In this document: positions 7,926-17,392 of the stretch, in pieces
Layout: each line of letters starts with the position of its first letter
Numbering within the stretch: position 1 is the stretch's first letter
DNA from: a virus
Lineage: Duplodnaviria; Heunggongvirae; Uroviricota; Caudoviricetes
Direction: 5' to 3' (one strand)
Virus record (IMG/VR): IMGVR_UViG_2582581022_000016
Length of the DNA stretch: 27,569 nt
Made by a program: the position numbers and the translations under genes
The notes under the pieces: generated by a model
Database searches by the model: none
What the model saw: only the letters and a program-made list of their open reading frames with translations
Told to the model about the DNA's origin: nothing

Positions 7926-9166
7926 TGTTCTTTTCGGGATTATTTCAACGAAAAAGTGACGCACCGGTGACCACGCCAGCAGAGCTGGCGGATGCTATCG
8001 GGTTGTCCTACGACACCTATACCGGAAAGCAGATCAGCAGCCAGCGGGCCATGCGACTGACGGCGGTTTTTTCCTGTGTCAGGGTGCTGGCGGAGTCGGT
8101 CGGGATGTTGCCCTGCAATCTGTATCACCTGAACGGCAGCCTTAAACAGAGAGCCACCGGCGAACGTCTGCATAAGCTGATCTCCACGCATCCCAATGGC
8201 TATATGACGCCGCAGGAGTTCTGGGAGCTGGTGGTCACCTGTCTGTGCCTGCGGGGAAACTTTTACGCCTACAAAGTGAAAGCATTTGGCGAAGTGGCTG
8301 AACTGCTGCCCGTCGATCCCGGCTGTGTGGTACCGAAGCTTAACAGTAGCTGGGAGCCGATCTATCAGGTCACATTCCCGGATGGCTCCACGGATGTACT
8401 GAGCCAGGAGGATATCTGGCATGTGCGCACGCTGACGCTGGACGGACTGGTGGGGCTGAATCCCATCGCCTATGCCCGCGAGGCAATATCGCTGGCAGCT
8501 GCGACCGAAGAGCACGGGGCCAGACTGTTCAGCAATGGCGCGGTGACGTCGGGTGTGTTGCGTACAGAGCAGACGCTGTCAGATCAGGCTTATGAGCGCC
8601 TGAAGAAAGATTTTGAGGAGCGTCACACCGGGCTTGGCAATGCTCACCGCCCGATGATCCTTGAGATGGGGCTGGACTGGAAGTCGATGGCGCTGAACGC
8701 CGAGGACAGCCAGTTCCTGGAAACCCGCAAGTTTCAGCTTGAAGAAATCTGTCGTCTGTTCCGGGTGCCGTTGCACATGGTGCAGAACACCGATCGCGCC
8801 ACCTTCAACAATATCGAAGAGCTGGGGCTGGGATTTATCAACTATTCACTGGTGCCGTATCTGACCCGCATCGAGCAGCGGATCAACACCGGACTGGTTC
8901 GAAAAAGTAAGCAGGGCGTTTATTACGCCAAATTTAACGCCGGGGCGTTACTGCGCGGGGATATGAAGTCCCGTTTTGAAGCCTACGCCACCGGGATTAA
9001 CTGGGGAATTTACTCTCCCAATGACTGCCGCGACCTGGAAGATATGAATCCGCGTCCCGGTGGTGATGTCTATCTCACACCGATGAACATGACCACGAAA
9101 CCCTCCGATGGCAGTAAAGCCGGTAAGCAGAAGGATAACGCCAATGCAGACGAAACAACGTCTTGA
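7925..9166 (+). CDS. Portal protein (HK97-family type)
   Basis: 413 aa. GTG start 7925 preceded by GGAGGT (7913..7918). Size and gene order (terminase, portal, protease, capsid) typical of HK97-like heads; sequence character fits portal proteins as I recall them. Confidence 0.85.
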   Translation: MFFSGLFQRKSDAPVTTPAELADAIGLSYDTYTGKQISSQRAMRLTAVFSCVRVLAESVGMLPCNLYHLNGSLKQRATGERLHKLISTHPNGYMTPQEFWELVVTCLCLRGNFYAYKVKAFGEVAELLPVDPGCVVPKLNSSWEPIYQVTFPDGSTDVLSQEDIWHVRTLTLDGLVGLNPIAYAREAISLAAATEEHGARLFSNGAVTSGVLRTEQTLSDQAYERLKKDFEERHTGLGNAHRPMILEMGLDWKSMALNAEDSQFLETRKFQLEEICRLFRVPLHMVQNTDRATFNNIEELGLGFINYSLVPYLTRIEQRINTGLVRKSKQGVYYAKFNAGALLRGDMKSRFEAYATGINWGIYSPNDCRDLEDMNPRPGGDVYLTPMNMTTKPSDGSKAGKQKDNANADETTS

Positions 9167-9794
9167 TGTACCGCTGAGTCTGAAATCTGTCAGTGACTCC
9201 GGTGAGTTTGAAGGGTATGGCTCCGTCTTTGGTGTAAAGGACAGCCACGATGATGTGGTGATGTCCGGGGCATTTGCTGCTTCCCTGCGGGCGTGGAGTG
9301 ACAGAAAAGCGTTACCTGCGCTGCTCTGGCAGCACCGCATGGATGAACCCATCGGTGTTTACACCGAAATGAAGGAAGACGATGTCGGGCTTTACGTCAG
9401 GGGGCGGTTGCTCATTGATGATGATCCCCTGGCAAAACGCGCACATGCACACATGAAGGCCGGTTCGTTAACCGGCCTTTCTATTGGGTACGTCCTGAAG
9501 GACTGGGAATACGACCGGACGAAAGAAGCCTTTCTGCTGAAAGAAATCGACCTCTGGGAAGTCAGTCTGGTGACGTTTCCGGCTAACGACGAGGCGCGGA
9601 TCAGCGACGTCAAGAACGCGCTGGCCCGCGGGGAAATCCCCGAACAGAAAAAAATCGAAAGAGTCCTGCGTGATGTCGGACTCTCCCGTACCCAGGCCAA
9701 AGCATTCATGGCCGGGGGCTATGGCGCACTGTCCCTGCGCGACGCTGAGGATGTGGGCTCTGCACTGAATGCACTGAAAAATCTGAACTTCTAA
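9144..9794 (+). CDS. Prohead maturation protease (HK97-type)
   Basis: ORF track gives 9108..9794; ATG 9144 follows AAGGA. Motif GYGSVFGVKDSHDDVV resembles the HK97-type prohead protease active-site region. Overlaps the portal 3' end. Confidence 0.8.
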   Translation: MQTKQRLDVPLSLKSVSDSGEFEGYGSVFGVKDSHDDVVMSGAFAASLRAWSDRKALPALLWQHRMDEPIGVYTEMKEDDVGLYVRGRLLIDDDPLAKRAHAHMKAGSLTGLSIGYVLKDWEYDRTKEAFLLKEIDLWEVSLVTFPANDEARISDVKNALARGEIPEQKKIERVLRDVGLSRTQAKAFMAGGYGALSLRDAEDVGSALNALKNLNF

Positions 9795-9808
9795 TCAGGA
9801 GAAATACG

Positions 9809-11014
9809 ATGGCGGTTGATATTAAAGATGTCGAACAGGTCGCGCAGGAGCTGCAGCAGAAGTTTGACGACTTCAAAGCAAAGAACGACAAGCGCGTGGA
9901 TGCGATTGAGCAGGAAAAAGGCAAGCTTGCCGGGAAGGTGGAAACCCTGAACGGGAAACTCAGCGAGCTGGAAAATCTCAAAAGCGACCTTGAAAAAGAG
10001 CTGCTTGAGCTGAAACGTCCGGCAGGTGGAGCGCAAAATAAACTGGCCACCGAGCATAAAGAGGCGTTTGTGGGCTTCCTGCGTAAAGGCCGTGAAGACG
10101 GTCTGCGCGATCTGGAGCGTAAGGCATTGCAGGTGGGTACCGATGAAGACGGTGGCTACGCCGTGCCGGAAGAACTGGATCGCAACATTCTTAACCTGCT
10201 GAAAGATGAAGTGGTGATGCGTCAGGAAGCCACGGTGATCACCGTTGGCGGTTCCGACTACAAAAAACTGGTGAATCTGGGCGGTACGGCTTCCGGATGG
10301 GTGGGGGAAACGGATACGCGATCCCAGACTGCCACCTCCAGACTGGAGCTGATTGAACCTCTCATGGGGGAAATCTACGGCAACCCGCAGGCTACCCAGA
10401 AAATGCTGGACGATGCCTTCTTCAACGTGGAGGCCTGGATCAACAGCGAGCTGGCAACCGAATTTGCCGAACAGGAAGAAATTGCCTTTACCTCAGGCAA
10501 TGGCACCAAGAAGCCGAAAGGGTTCCTGGCGTATGAATCCACTGATGAAACCGACAAGGTCCGGGCGTTCGGCAAACTTCAGCATATTGTATCCGGCGAA
10601 GCGACCGCGGTGACCGCAGACGCCATTATCAAACTGATTTACACGCTGCGTAAGGCACACCGCACTGGCGCGAAGTTCATGATGAACAACAACAGCCTGT
10701 TTGCCATACGTTTGCTGAAAGACACCGAGGGTAACTATCTGTGGCGTCCGGGGCTGGAACTGGGGCAGCCGTCCTCTCTGGCGGGTTACGGTATCGCTGA
10801 AAACGAACAGATGCCGGATATCGCCGCTGATGCGAAAGCCATTGCATTTGGTAACTTCAAACGGGGTTACACCATCGTTGACCGTATCGGCACCCGCATT
10901 CTGCGTGACCCGTACACCAATAAACCGTTTGTCGGTTTTTATACCACCAAGCGCACCGGCGGGATGCTGGTCGATTCGCAGGCCATCAAACTGCTGAAGA
11001 TTGCAGCGGCGTAA
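9809..11014 (+). CDS. Major capsid protein (HK97 fold) with N-terminal coiled-coil delta/scaffold domain
   Basis: 401 aa. N-terminal about 100 residues are charged and coiled-coil-like. Followed by a GC-rich hairpin. Confidence 0.9.
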   Translation: MAVDIKDVEQVAQELQQKFDDFKAKNDKRVDAIEQEKGKLAGKVETLNGKLSELENLKSDLEKELLELKRPAGGAQNKLATEHKEAFVGFLRKGREDGLRDLERKALQVGTDEDGGYAVPEELDRNILNLLKDEVVMRQEATVITVGGSDYKKLVNLGGTASGWVGETDTRSQTATSRLELIEPLMGEIYGNPQATQKMLDDAFFNVEAWINSELATEFAEQEEIAFTSGNGTKKPKGFLAYESTDETDKVRAFGKLQHIVSGEATAVTADAIIKLIYTLRKAHRTGAKFMMNNNSLFAIRLLKDTEGNYLWRPGLELGQPSSLAGYGIAENEQMPDIAADAKAIAFGNFKRGYTIVDRIGTRILRDPYTNKPFVGFYTTKRTGGMLVDSQAIKLLKIAAA

Positions 11015-11021
11015 TCACTCA

Positions 11022-11042
11022 GGGGCGCGGAACCGCGCCCCC
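11022..11042 (+). terminator. Stable GC hairpin after the capsid gene (GGGGCGCGG-AAC-CCGCGCCCC); stabiliser or partial terminator
   Basis: 9-bp perfect GC stem read directly. No strong T-tract follows, so termination efficiency is uncertain. Confidence 0.4.
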
Positions 11043-11063
11043 TGTTCTGACGGGTGAAGAATC

Positions 11064-11264
11064 ATGATCCTGAAACAAGATCTGAAATGGTCACCGGACG
11101 GTATGCGTGTTGAGGTCATTCGGGCCGGTGAGTATGACGACGGGGCGCTTCCTGCCCGGGTGCAGGAGATTGCACTTCAGGCCGGGTTAGCAGAGCGCGG
11201 AATCAGTGCAAAAAGCAGTAAAGCGGCAAAAGAGAAAAAAGCCACGACCAGTAAAGAGGGCTGA
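11064..11264 (+). CDS. Hypothetical small protein (66 aa) with Lys/Ala-rich tail
   Basis: ORF between capsid and connector genes; no family recognised. Confidence 0.4.
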   Translation: MILKQDLKWSPDGMRVEVIRAGEYDDGALPARVQEIALQAGLAERGISAKSSKAAKEKKATTSKEG

Positions 11265-11266
11265 GT

Positions 11267-11590
11267 ATGCTTCTGACAATGGAAGAGATTAAAGCCCAAC
11301 TCCGGCTGGATGAGGATTTCGATGCTGATGACCGCCATCTGCAACTGCTGGCCTGTGCGGCACAAAAGCGGACGGAAACGTATCTGAACCGGAAGCTCTA
11401 TGCACCGGATGAAACCATTCCGGACAGCGATCCGGACGGGCTGCACCTGCCGGATGATATTCGTCTGGGGATGCTGATGCTTATCAGCCATTTTTACGAA
11501 AACCGCTCGTCGGTTACGGAAGTGGAGAAACTCGACATGCCGCAGAGTTTTGGCTGGCTTGTCGGCCCGTACAGGTACTTTCCGCAATGA
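11267..11590 (+). CDS. Head-tail connector / DNA-packaging protein (gp6-like)
   Basis: 107 aa; position and size. Family assignment from memory. Confidence 0.6.
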   Translation: MLLTMEEIKAQLRLDEDFDADDRHLQLLACAAQKRTETYLNRKLYAPDETIPDSDPDGLHLPDDIRLGMLMLISHFYENRSSVTEVEKLDMPQSFGWLVGPYRYFPQ

Positions 11591-11997
11591 AAATTCGTCA
11601 GGCGCAGACCAGCGCAACCTACATTCTGCCGGACCCCGGTGAACTGAATAAACGCGTCCTGATCCGCCAGCGGGTGGATATGCCCGCGGATAACTTTGGC
11701 GTGGAGCCTCAATACCCGGTTACGTTCCGGACATGGGCGAAGGTTATCCAGACCAGTGCCACCACCTGGCAGGAAACCGCGCAGACCGGGGACGCCATCA
11801 CCCATTACATCACCATTCGTTACCGCCGGGGGATCACTGCTGATTATGAGGTGGTCTGTGATGACAGTGTGTACCGGGTGAAACGTCAGCGTGATCTGAA
11901 CGGGGCGCGGCGCTTTCTGCTGCTGGAGTGTACGGAGCTGGGCGAATGTAGGCAGAGTCACGGAGGCAGCAATGGCGACTTCCTTTTTGCACGTTGA
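11587..11997 (+). CDS. Head closure / head-tail adaptor protein
   Basis: 136 aa, overlapping start with the upstream gene; typical position after the connector. Confidence 0.55.
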   Translation: MKIRQAQTSATYILPDPGELNKRVLIRQRVDMPADNFGVEPQYPVTFRTWAKVIQTSATTWQETAQTGDAITHYITIRYRRGITADYEVVCDDSVYRVKRQRDLNGARRFLLLECTELGECRQSHGGSNGDFLFAR

Positions 11998-12478
11998 TTT
12001 TCAGCAGCCTGCGGAGATGCGCTTTAACCGCGCCCGTGTCCGGCGGGCGTTTGTCACGATTGGTCAGCGTCATATGCGTGATGCCCGTCGGCTGGTGATG
12101 CGCCGTGCGCGGTCGGCACCGGGTGAAAACCCCGGTTATCAGACCGGACGCCTGGCTCGTTCGATTGGTTACATGGTACCCAGAGCCAGTAAACATCGCC
12201 CTGGTTTTATGGCACGTATAGCCCCTAACCAGCGTAATGGAGAGGGAAACCGCCGTATCACCGGTGATTTTTATCCGGCTTTTTTGTTCTATGGCGTGAG
12301 GCGAGGGGCAAAGCGTCGTCGCAGCCATCATCGTGGTGCATCCGGTGGCAGCGGCTGGCGACTGGCTCCACGTAATAACTTCATGGTGGAAACTCTTGAA
12401 AAGAACCGCAGCTGGACACGCTATTTTCTGGCGCGGGAATTGCGTAAATCACTGAAGCCGGAGCGACGACACAGATGA
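11972..12478 (+). CDS. HK97 gp10-like head-tail joining protein
   Basis: 168 aa, basic. Segment ENPGYQTGRLARSIGY resembles the conserved gp10-family motif as I recall it. Confidence 0.6.
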   Translation: MATSFLHVDFQQPAEMRFNRARVRRAFVTIGQRHMRDARRLVMRRARSAPGENPGYQTGRLARSIGYMVPRASKHRPGFMARIAPNQRNGEGNRRITGDFYPAFLFYGVRRGAKRRRSHHRGASGGSGWRLAPRNNFMVETLEKNRSWTRYFLARELRKSLKPERRHR

Positions 12479-13035
12479 AACTGACGCCTGTTATTGCTGC
12501 GCTGCGTGCCCGCTGCCCGTATTTTGAAAACCGGGTGGCAGGCGCGGCACAGTTCAAAAATCTGCCGGAGGTCGGAAAGCTGAGACTCCCGGCGGCGTAT
12601 GTGGTACCGGGTGATGACTCTCCGGGAGAAAACAAAAGCCAGACCGACTACTGGCAGGAGCTGAAAGAGGGCTTCTCCGTGGTTGTCATACTGAGTAACG
12701 GGCGTGATGAGCGCGGTCAGTTTGCTTCGTATGATGTGGTGGACGATGTCCGGCAGATGATCTTTAAGGCCCTGCTGGGCTGGAACCCGGAAGCGTGCGG
12801 TAACCCGATTAACTATGACGGCGGCACGCTGCTGGATCTGAATCGTCATGAGCTGATTTATCAGTTCGATTTTTCGATCATCAGCGAGCTGACCGAAGAC
12901 GATACCCGCCAGCAGGATGACCTGAACAGTCTGGATGAACTGCGAACGCTGGCGATTGATGTTGATTATCTCGATCCCGGTAACGGGCCTGACGGCGATA
13001 TCGAACATCACACCGAAATAACCCTTCCTTCCTGA
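12475..13035 (+). CDS. Putative tail completion / neck protein preceding the sheath gene
   Basis: 186 aa acidic protein; assignment by position only. Confidence 0.4.
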   Translation: MKLTPVIAALRARCPYFENRVAGAAQFKNLPEVGKLRLPAAYVVPGDDSPGENKSQTDYWQELKEGFSVVVILSNGRDERGQFASYDVVDDVRQMIFKALLGWNPEACGNPINYDGGTLLDLNRHELIYQFDFSIISELTEDDTRQQDDLNSLDELRTLAIDVDYLDPGNGPDGDIEHHTEITLPS

Positions 13036-13043
13036 GAATCTTC

Positions 13044-13214
13044 ATGTTTGTGAAACCTGTTAAAGGGCGGTCAGTGCCTGACCCTGCCCGCGGCGACCTT
13101 TTGCCAGCCGAAGGGCGAAATGTTGACGAGAACAACTACTGGCTGCGCCGTGAAGCAGCGGGTGATATCCGGCGCGTGAATAAAAAGGTGAATACCGATG
13201 ACGATAAGCTTTAA
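13044..13214 (+). CDS. Small conserved phage protein (56 aa, DUF2635-like), missing from the ORF track
   Basis: ATG 13044 to TAA 13212..13214, read manually: MFVKPVKGRSVPDPARGDLLPAEGRNVDENNYWLRREAAGDIRRVNKKVNTDDDKL. Resembles the small proteins found just upstream of sheath genes in Mu-like tail modules. Overlaps the sheath start. Confidence 0.5.
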   Translation: MFVKPVKGRSVPDPARGDLLPAEGRNVDENNYWLRREAAGDIRRVNKKVNTDDDKL

Positions 13215-14694
13215 CACCATTCCGTCGAATACGCTGGTTCCGTTGTTTTATGCGGAAATGGATAACCAGGCGGCGAATACTGCACAGGACAGCGGAGCAT
13301 CGCTGCTGATTGGTCATGCCAATAACGGTGCAGAAATTGTTGCCAACAGTCTGGTACTGATGCCGTCGGCAGACTATGCCCGCCAGATTTGTGGTGCGGG
13401 AAGTCAGCTGGCGCGTATGGTCGAGGCTTATCGCCAGACTGACCCGTTTGGTGAACTGTATGTGATTGCCGTTCCTGAATCCACAGGCGCGGCGGCAACG
13501 GTTACGCTGACGGTGACCGGGGCGGCAACCGAAACCGGCACGGTGAATGTGTATGTGGGACGTACCCGCGTGCAGGCACCGGTGACCAACGGCGATAACG
13601 TCACGATGATTGCCAGTAGTATTCAGGATGCCATCAATGCCGTTCCGACCCTGCCGTTTACGGCTTCATCTTCGGCAGGCGTGGTCACACTGACCGCGCG
13701 TCATAAGGGGCTTTGCGGGAATGAAATTCCTGTCAGCCTCAATTACTACGGCTTTGGTGGGGGCGAAGTGCTGCCAGCGGGCGTACAGATTGCCGTGGCG
13801 ACGGGTACCGCCGGAACGGGTGCTCCGGTTCTCACCGGCGCGGTGGCTGCAATGGCGGATGAGCCGTTTGATTATATCGGCCTGCCGTTCAACGACACGG
13901 CCTCCGTTAACACGCTGGTGACCGAGATGAACGATACCAGCGGTCGCTGGAGCTATGCGCGTCAGCTGTATGGTCATGTGTATACGGCAAAGATCGGCAC
14001 GCTGTCAGAACTGGTGACCGCAGGTGACCAGTTTAACCAGCAGCACATTACCCTGGCGGGGTACGAAAAAGACACCCAGACGCCTGCCGACGAGCTGGCG
14101 GCAAGCCGTACCGCCCGCGCAGCGGTGTTTATCCGCAACGATCCGGCACGTCCCACGCAGACCGGTGAGCTGGTGGGTATGCTGCCTGCGCCGAAGGGGA
14201 AACGGTTCACGATGACCGAACAACAGACCCTGCTGTCTCATGGCGTGGCAACGGCGTATGTCGAAAGCGGGGTACTGCGCATTCAGCGTGATGTCACCAC
14301 GTACAGGAAAAACGCTTACGGGGTTGCGGATAACAGCTACCTCGACAGCGAGACGCTGCATACCAGCGCGTATGTACTGCGCAAACTGAAATCCGTCATT
14401 ACCAGTAAGTACGGGCGTCACAAGCTTGCCAGTGATGGTACCCGCTTTGGTCCCGGTCAGGCGATTGTCACCCCGGCGGTGATCAAAGGGGAACTGCTGG
14501 CAACCTACCGTCAGCTCGAGCGTGCGGGGATCGTGGAAAACTACGAACTGTTCAAGCAGTACCTGGTTGTGGAGCGTGATGCCAGCGATCCGAACCGCCT
14601 GAACACGCTGTTCCCGCCTGACTATGTTAACCAGTTGCGTGTCTTTGCCGTGGTTAACCAGTTCCGTCTTCAGTATTCAGAGGAGTCTGCATAA
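13198..14694 (+). CDS. Contractile tail sheath protein (Mu gpL-like)
   Basis: 498 aa, directly followed by a tube-sized gene, a frameshifted chaperone and a tape-measure gene. Confidence 0.85.
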   Translation: MTISFNTIPSNTLVPLFYAEMDNQAANTAQDSGASLLIGHANNGAEIVANSLVLMPSADYARQICGAGSQLARMVEAYRQTDPFGELYVIAVPESTGAAATVTLTVTGAATETGTVNVYVGRTRVQAPVTNGDNVTMIASSIQDAINAVPTLPFTASSSAGVVTLTARHKGLCGNEIPVSLNYYGFGGGEVLPAGVQIAVATGTAGTGAPVLTGAVAAMADEPFDYIGLPFNDTASVNTLVTEMNDTSGRWSYARQLYGHVYTAKIGTLSELVTAGDQFNQQHITLAGYEKDTQTPADELAASRTARAAVFIRNDPARPTQTGELVGMLPAPKGKRFTMTEQQTLLSHGVATAYVESGVLRIQRDVTTYRKNAYGVADNSYLDSETLHTSAYVLRKLKSVITSKYGRHKLASDGTRFGPGQAIVTPAVIKGELLATYRQLERAGIVENYELFKQYLVVERDASDPNRLNTLFPPDYVNQLRVFAVVNQFRLQYSEESA

Positions 14695-15050
14695 TGGCCC
14701 GTATCGGGGGAACCTGTTATTTCAAAATTGACGGTCAGCAGCTATCGCTGACCGGCGGCATTGAGGTGCCCATGAACAGGACGGTCAATGATGACATCAT
14801 CGGCCTGGACGGCTCAGTGGACCGCAAGGAAACTCACCGTGCGCCTTATGTCAAAGGGACCTTCAAGGTGCCGAAGAATTTTCCGGTGAACAAAATCACC
14901 TCGTCTGATGAGATGACAATCACTGCCGAGCTGGCGAACGGTCAGGTCTATGTACTGTCGTCTGCCTGGCTGCACGGCGAAGCGAACCATAATGCCGAAG
15001 AAGGCACGGTTGATCTTGAGTTCCACGGTGAAGAAGGGGATTACCAGTAA
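14694..15050 (+). CDS. Tail tube protein (Mu gpM-like)
   Basis: 118 aa; start overlaps the sheath stop (ATAATGG). Confidence 0.8.
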   Translation: MARIGGTCYFKIDGQQLSLTGGIEVPMNRTVNDDIIGLDGSVDRKETHRAPYVKGTFKVPKNFPVNKITSSDEMTITAELANGQVYVLSSAWLHGEANHNAEEGTVDLEFHGEEGDYQ

Positions 15051-15319
15051 TGAAAGAGCTTGAGTTAAAGAAACCGATTACCGCTCATGGCGAGACACTC
15101 TCCGTACTGGAGTTTGATGAGCCCACCGGGAAAGATGTCCGCGAGCTGGGATATCCCTACCAGATGAATCAGGATGAGTCCGTCAGACTTCTGGCGCATG
15201 TGGTATCGAAATACATCGTGCGGCTGGCGAAAGTGCCGCAAAGCTCTGTCGACCAGATGTCTCCGGCAGATCTGAATGCAGCGGCGTGGCTTGTGGCCGG
15301 TTTTTTCCTCCAGGCCTGA
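15050..15319 (+). CDS. Tail assembly chaperone, short (G-like) form
   Basis: 89 aa; overlapping start with the tube gene. Ends at TGA 15317..15319 just after a slippery heptamer. Confidence 0.7.
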   Translation: MKELELKKPITAHGETLSVLEFDEPTGKDVRELGYPYQMNQDESVRLLAHVVSKYIVRLAKVPQSSVDQMSPADLNAAAWLVAGFFLQA

Positions 15320-15468
15320 CGGCTGAATACCTCACTGATCGCTTCTTTGACTGCGCCAGTTACTGGCGCATTAATCCTTTCGAATTGCTGAATATGCCGA
15401 TCAGTGAAATTCCCTTACTGGTCAGTCAGGCAAACAGGATAGAGCAGGAGAAACGCACACATGGCTGA
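15050..15468 (+). CDS. Tail assembly chaperone, long (GT-like) form made by -1 programmed frameshift at 15301..15307
   Basis: The -1 frame ORF (15286..15468) is open across the zero-frame stop and ends just inside the tape-measure start (15461). Predicted fusion about 139 aa. Confidence 0.6.
15301..15307 (+). other. Slippery heptamer T TTT TTC for -1 ribosomal frameshifting
   Basis: Zero-frame codons GGT TTT TTC CTC CAG GCC TGA; after a -1 slip the reading is F F P P G L T A E Y, matching the downstream ORF. Confidence 0.6.
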
Positions 15469-17293
15469 ATTTGAGCTTAAGGCGTTGATCACCGGTGTCG
15501 ACAGGCTTTCTCCCGCGCTGTCGAAAATGCAAAAGAAAATCCGGGGATTTAAACGCCAGGCGGAAGAAGCGTCACAGGGTGGGCTGGCGCTTGGTGGCGG
15601 ACTGGCAGCGGGTCTGACGCTTTCCCTGAAATCTTATGCCGATCAGGAAAACGCCGCCACCGGGCTGAAAGTCGCCATGATGGATGCGAACGGCGAGGTT
15701 GGAAAGAGCTTTCAGGACATCAATAAACTGGCTATTGGCCTGGGTAACCAGCTACCTGGTACAACGGCTGATTTCCAGAACATGATGCAGATGCTGGTGC
15801 GTCAGGGGATCCCGGCAGAAAACATTCTGGGTGGTGTGGGTAAAGCGACAGCTTATCTTGCGGTACAACTGAAAAAAACACCGGAAGCGGCTGCTGAGTT
15901 TGCTGCAAAGATGCAGGATGCTACCGGAACGGCGTCAGAAGACATGATGGGGCTGTTCGACACTATCCAGAAGGCGTTTTATCTGGGCGTTGACGATACC
16001 AACATGTTGTCCTTCTTCACTAAAACCAGTTCTGTTCTGAAGATGGTGAACAAGGATGGTCTTCAGGCTGCGCAGAGCCTTGCCCCCATCAGCGTCATGA
16101 TGGATCAGATGGGGATGAACGGGGAGTCGGCAGGTAATGCCCTGCGAAAAGTTATCCAGTCCGGATTAAGCGTTAAGAAAATCAGGGACGTTAATAAAGT
16201 TATGGCCCGCCAGAAACTCGGGGTACAGCTCGATTTTACTGACGGCAAAGGAAGTTTTGGCGGTCTTGATAACATGTTCAGGCAACTGGCAAAGCTGCGA
16301 AAACTGACCGACGTTAAGCGAACAGGTGTACTTAAGGCAATATTTGGTGATGATGCCGAAACCCTTCAGGTGGTCAATGCACTAATCGATAAAGGAAAGG
16401 ATGGCTACGATCAGATCCAGCAGAAGATGAATAAACAGGCCAGCCTGAATAAACGTGTTCAGGCACAGCTTGGTACGCTGTCCAACCTGTGGGAGGCAAT
16501 GACAGGGACCGCAACTAACGGCCTTGCGGCTATTGGCGGCGCATTTTCTGGTGACGCTAAAAATATCACACAATGGCTGGGGGAGTTGGGGGAGAAATTC
16601 ACGAAGTTTGCGGATGAAAATCCCCGGGTTATTCGCGGCGTCGTCGGGCTTGCTGCCGGTCTTGCGATTCTGAAACTGGGATTGATGGGCGTGGGCAGTG
16701 CCATCAGTATTGTCAGCAGGATTATGTCGATGACGCCGATTGGCATGATTGCGACGGCGATTGCTCTGGCTGCGGGATTAATTATCACTAACTGGGATGT
16801 TGTCGGACCTTATTTTAAGAAGCTCTGGGAAACCATTGGTCCTTATTTTGAGGCTGGCTGGGAACTTCTGAAGAAAGTTTTTGCCTGGTCGCCGCTGGGA
16901 ATGGTGATCAATAACTGGGGACCGGTTGTTAAGTGGTTTCAGGATATGTGGGACAAGCTGAAGCCAATTATTGAGTGGTTTACCGACAGTTCCGGTGACA
17001 CGGTCGATGCCATTAACTCTGCGCAGTGGGGCGCGGGTGCTTATGATGCTTATGGGACGGGAATACCGGCGCGGGGATACACACCTTATCCGGCGGTGGA
17101 TCCGGCTCAGTCAAACAACGCCTCCGATGCCACAGGCTCGAATCCCTTCATGATTAACAAAGCTTCTGTGCCAAAAGTTGATGGTGAGATCAAGGTATCT
17201 TTTGTGAATTCGCCTCCGGGTATGCGGGTTATGGAAACGCGATCCAGCGGTTTTGATGTCAGCCATGATGTTGGCTATACGCGGTTCAGGTAG
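15461..17293 (+). CDS. Tail tape measure protein
   Basis: 610 aa. Ala/Gly-rich helical N-half, hydrophobic segment (VIRGVVGLAAGLAILKLGLMGVGSAISIV...), Trp-rich C-terminal part. Sits after the frameshifted chaperone. Confidence 0.85.
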   Translation: MAEFELKALITGVDRLSPALSKMQKKIRGFKRQAEEASQGGLALGGGLAAGLTLSLKSYADQENAATGLKVAMMDANGEVGKSFQDINKLAIGLGNQLPGTTADFQNMMQMLVRQGIPAENILGGVGKATAYLAVQLKKTPEAAAEFAAKMQDATGTASEDMMGLFDTIQKAFYLGVDDTNMLSFFTKTSSVLKMVNKDGLQAAQSLAPISVMMDQMGMNGESAGNALRKVIQSGLSVKKIRDVNKVMARQKLGVQLDFTDGKGSFGGLDNMFRQLAKLRKLTDVKRTGVLKAIFGDDAETLQVVNALIDKGKDGYDQIQQKMNKQASLNKRVQAQLGTLSNLWEAMTGTATNGLAAIGGAFSGDAKNITQWLGELGEKFTKFADENPRVIRGVVGLAAGLAILKLGLMGVGSAISIVSRIMSMTPIGMIATAIALAAGLIITNWDVVGPYFKKLWETIGPYFEAGWELLKKVFAWSPLGMVINNWGPVVKWFQDMWDKLKPIIEWFTDSSGDTVDAINSAQWGAGAYDAYGTGIPARGYTPYPAVDPAQSNNASDATGSNPFMINKASVPKVDGEIKVSFVNSPPGMRVMETRSSGFDVSHDVGYTRFR

Positions 17294-17356
17294 TGTACAA
17301 AATGATTAATGTGTTTTTGTCTGGCATAATTTGGGTTTTCAGCTTTAAGTAGTTAA

Positions 17357-17362
17357 TATAAT
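17357..17362 (+). promoter_or_regulatory. Perfect -10 hexamer TATAAT, 30 bp upstream of the insertion gene's likely start; candidate autonomous promoter
   Basis: Read directly; no convincing -35 identified, so this is only a candidate. Confidence 0.3.
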
Positions 17363-17392
17363 CATTCCTTACAAATGATTGAAGGGATGATT

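Noticed and set aside
7940-8515. 191-aa minus-strand ORF inside the portal gene, plus similar antisense ORFs such as 11834..12331, 12421..13011, 18659..19156, 20886..21344 and 26150..26713
   Set aside because: All are fully contained within confidently assigned genes on the opposite strand and show the low-complexity composition of reverse-frame artefacts.
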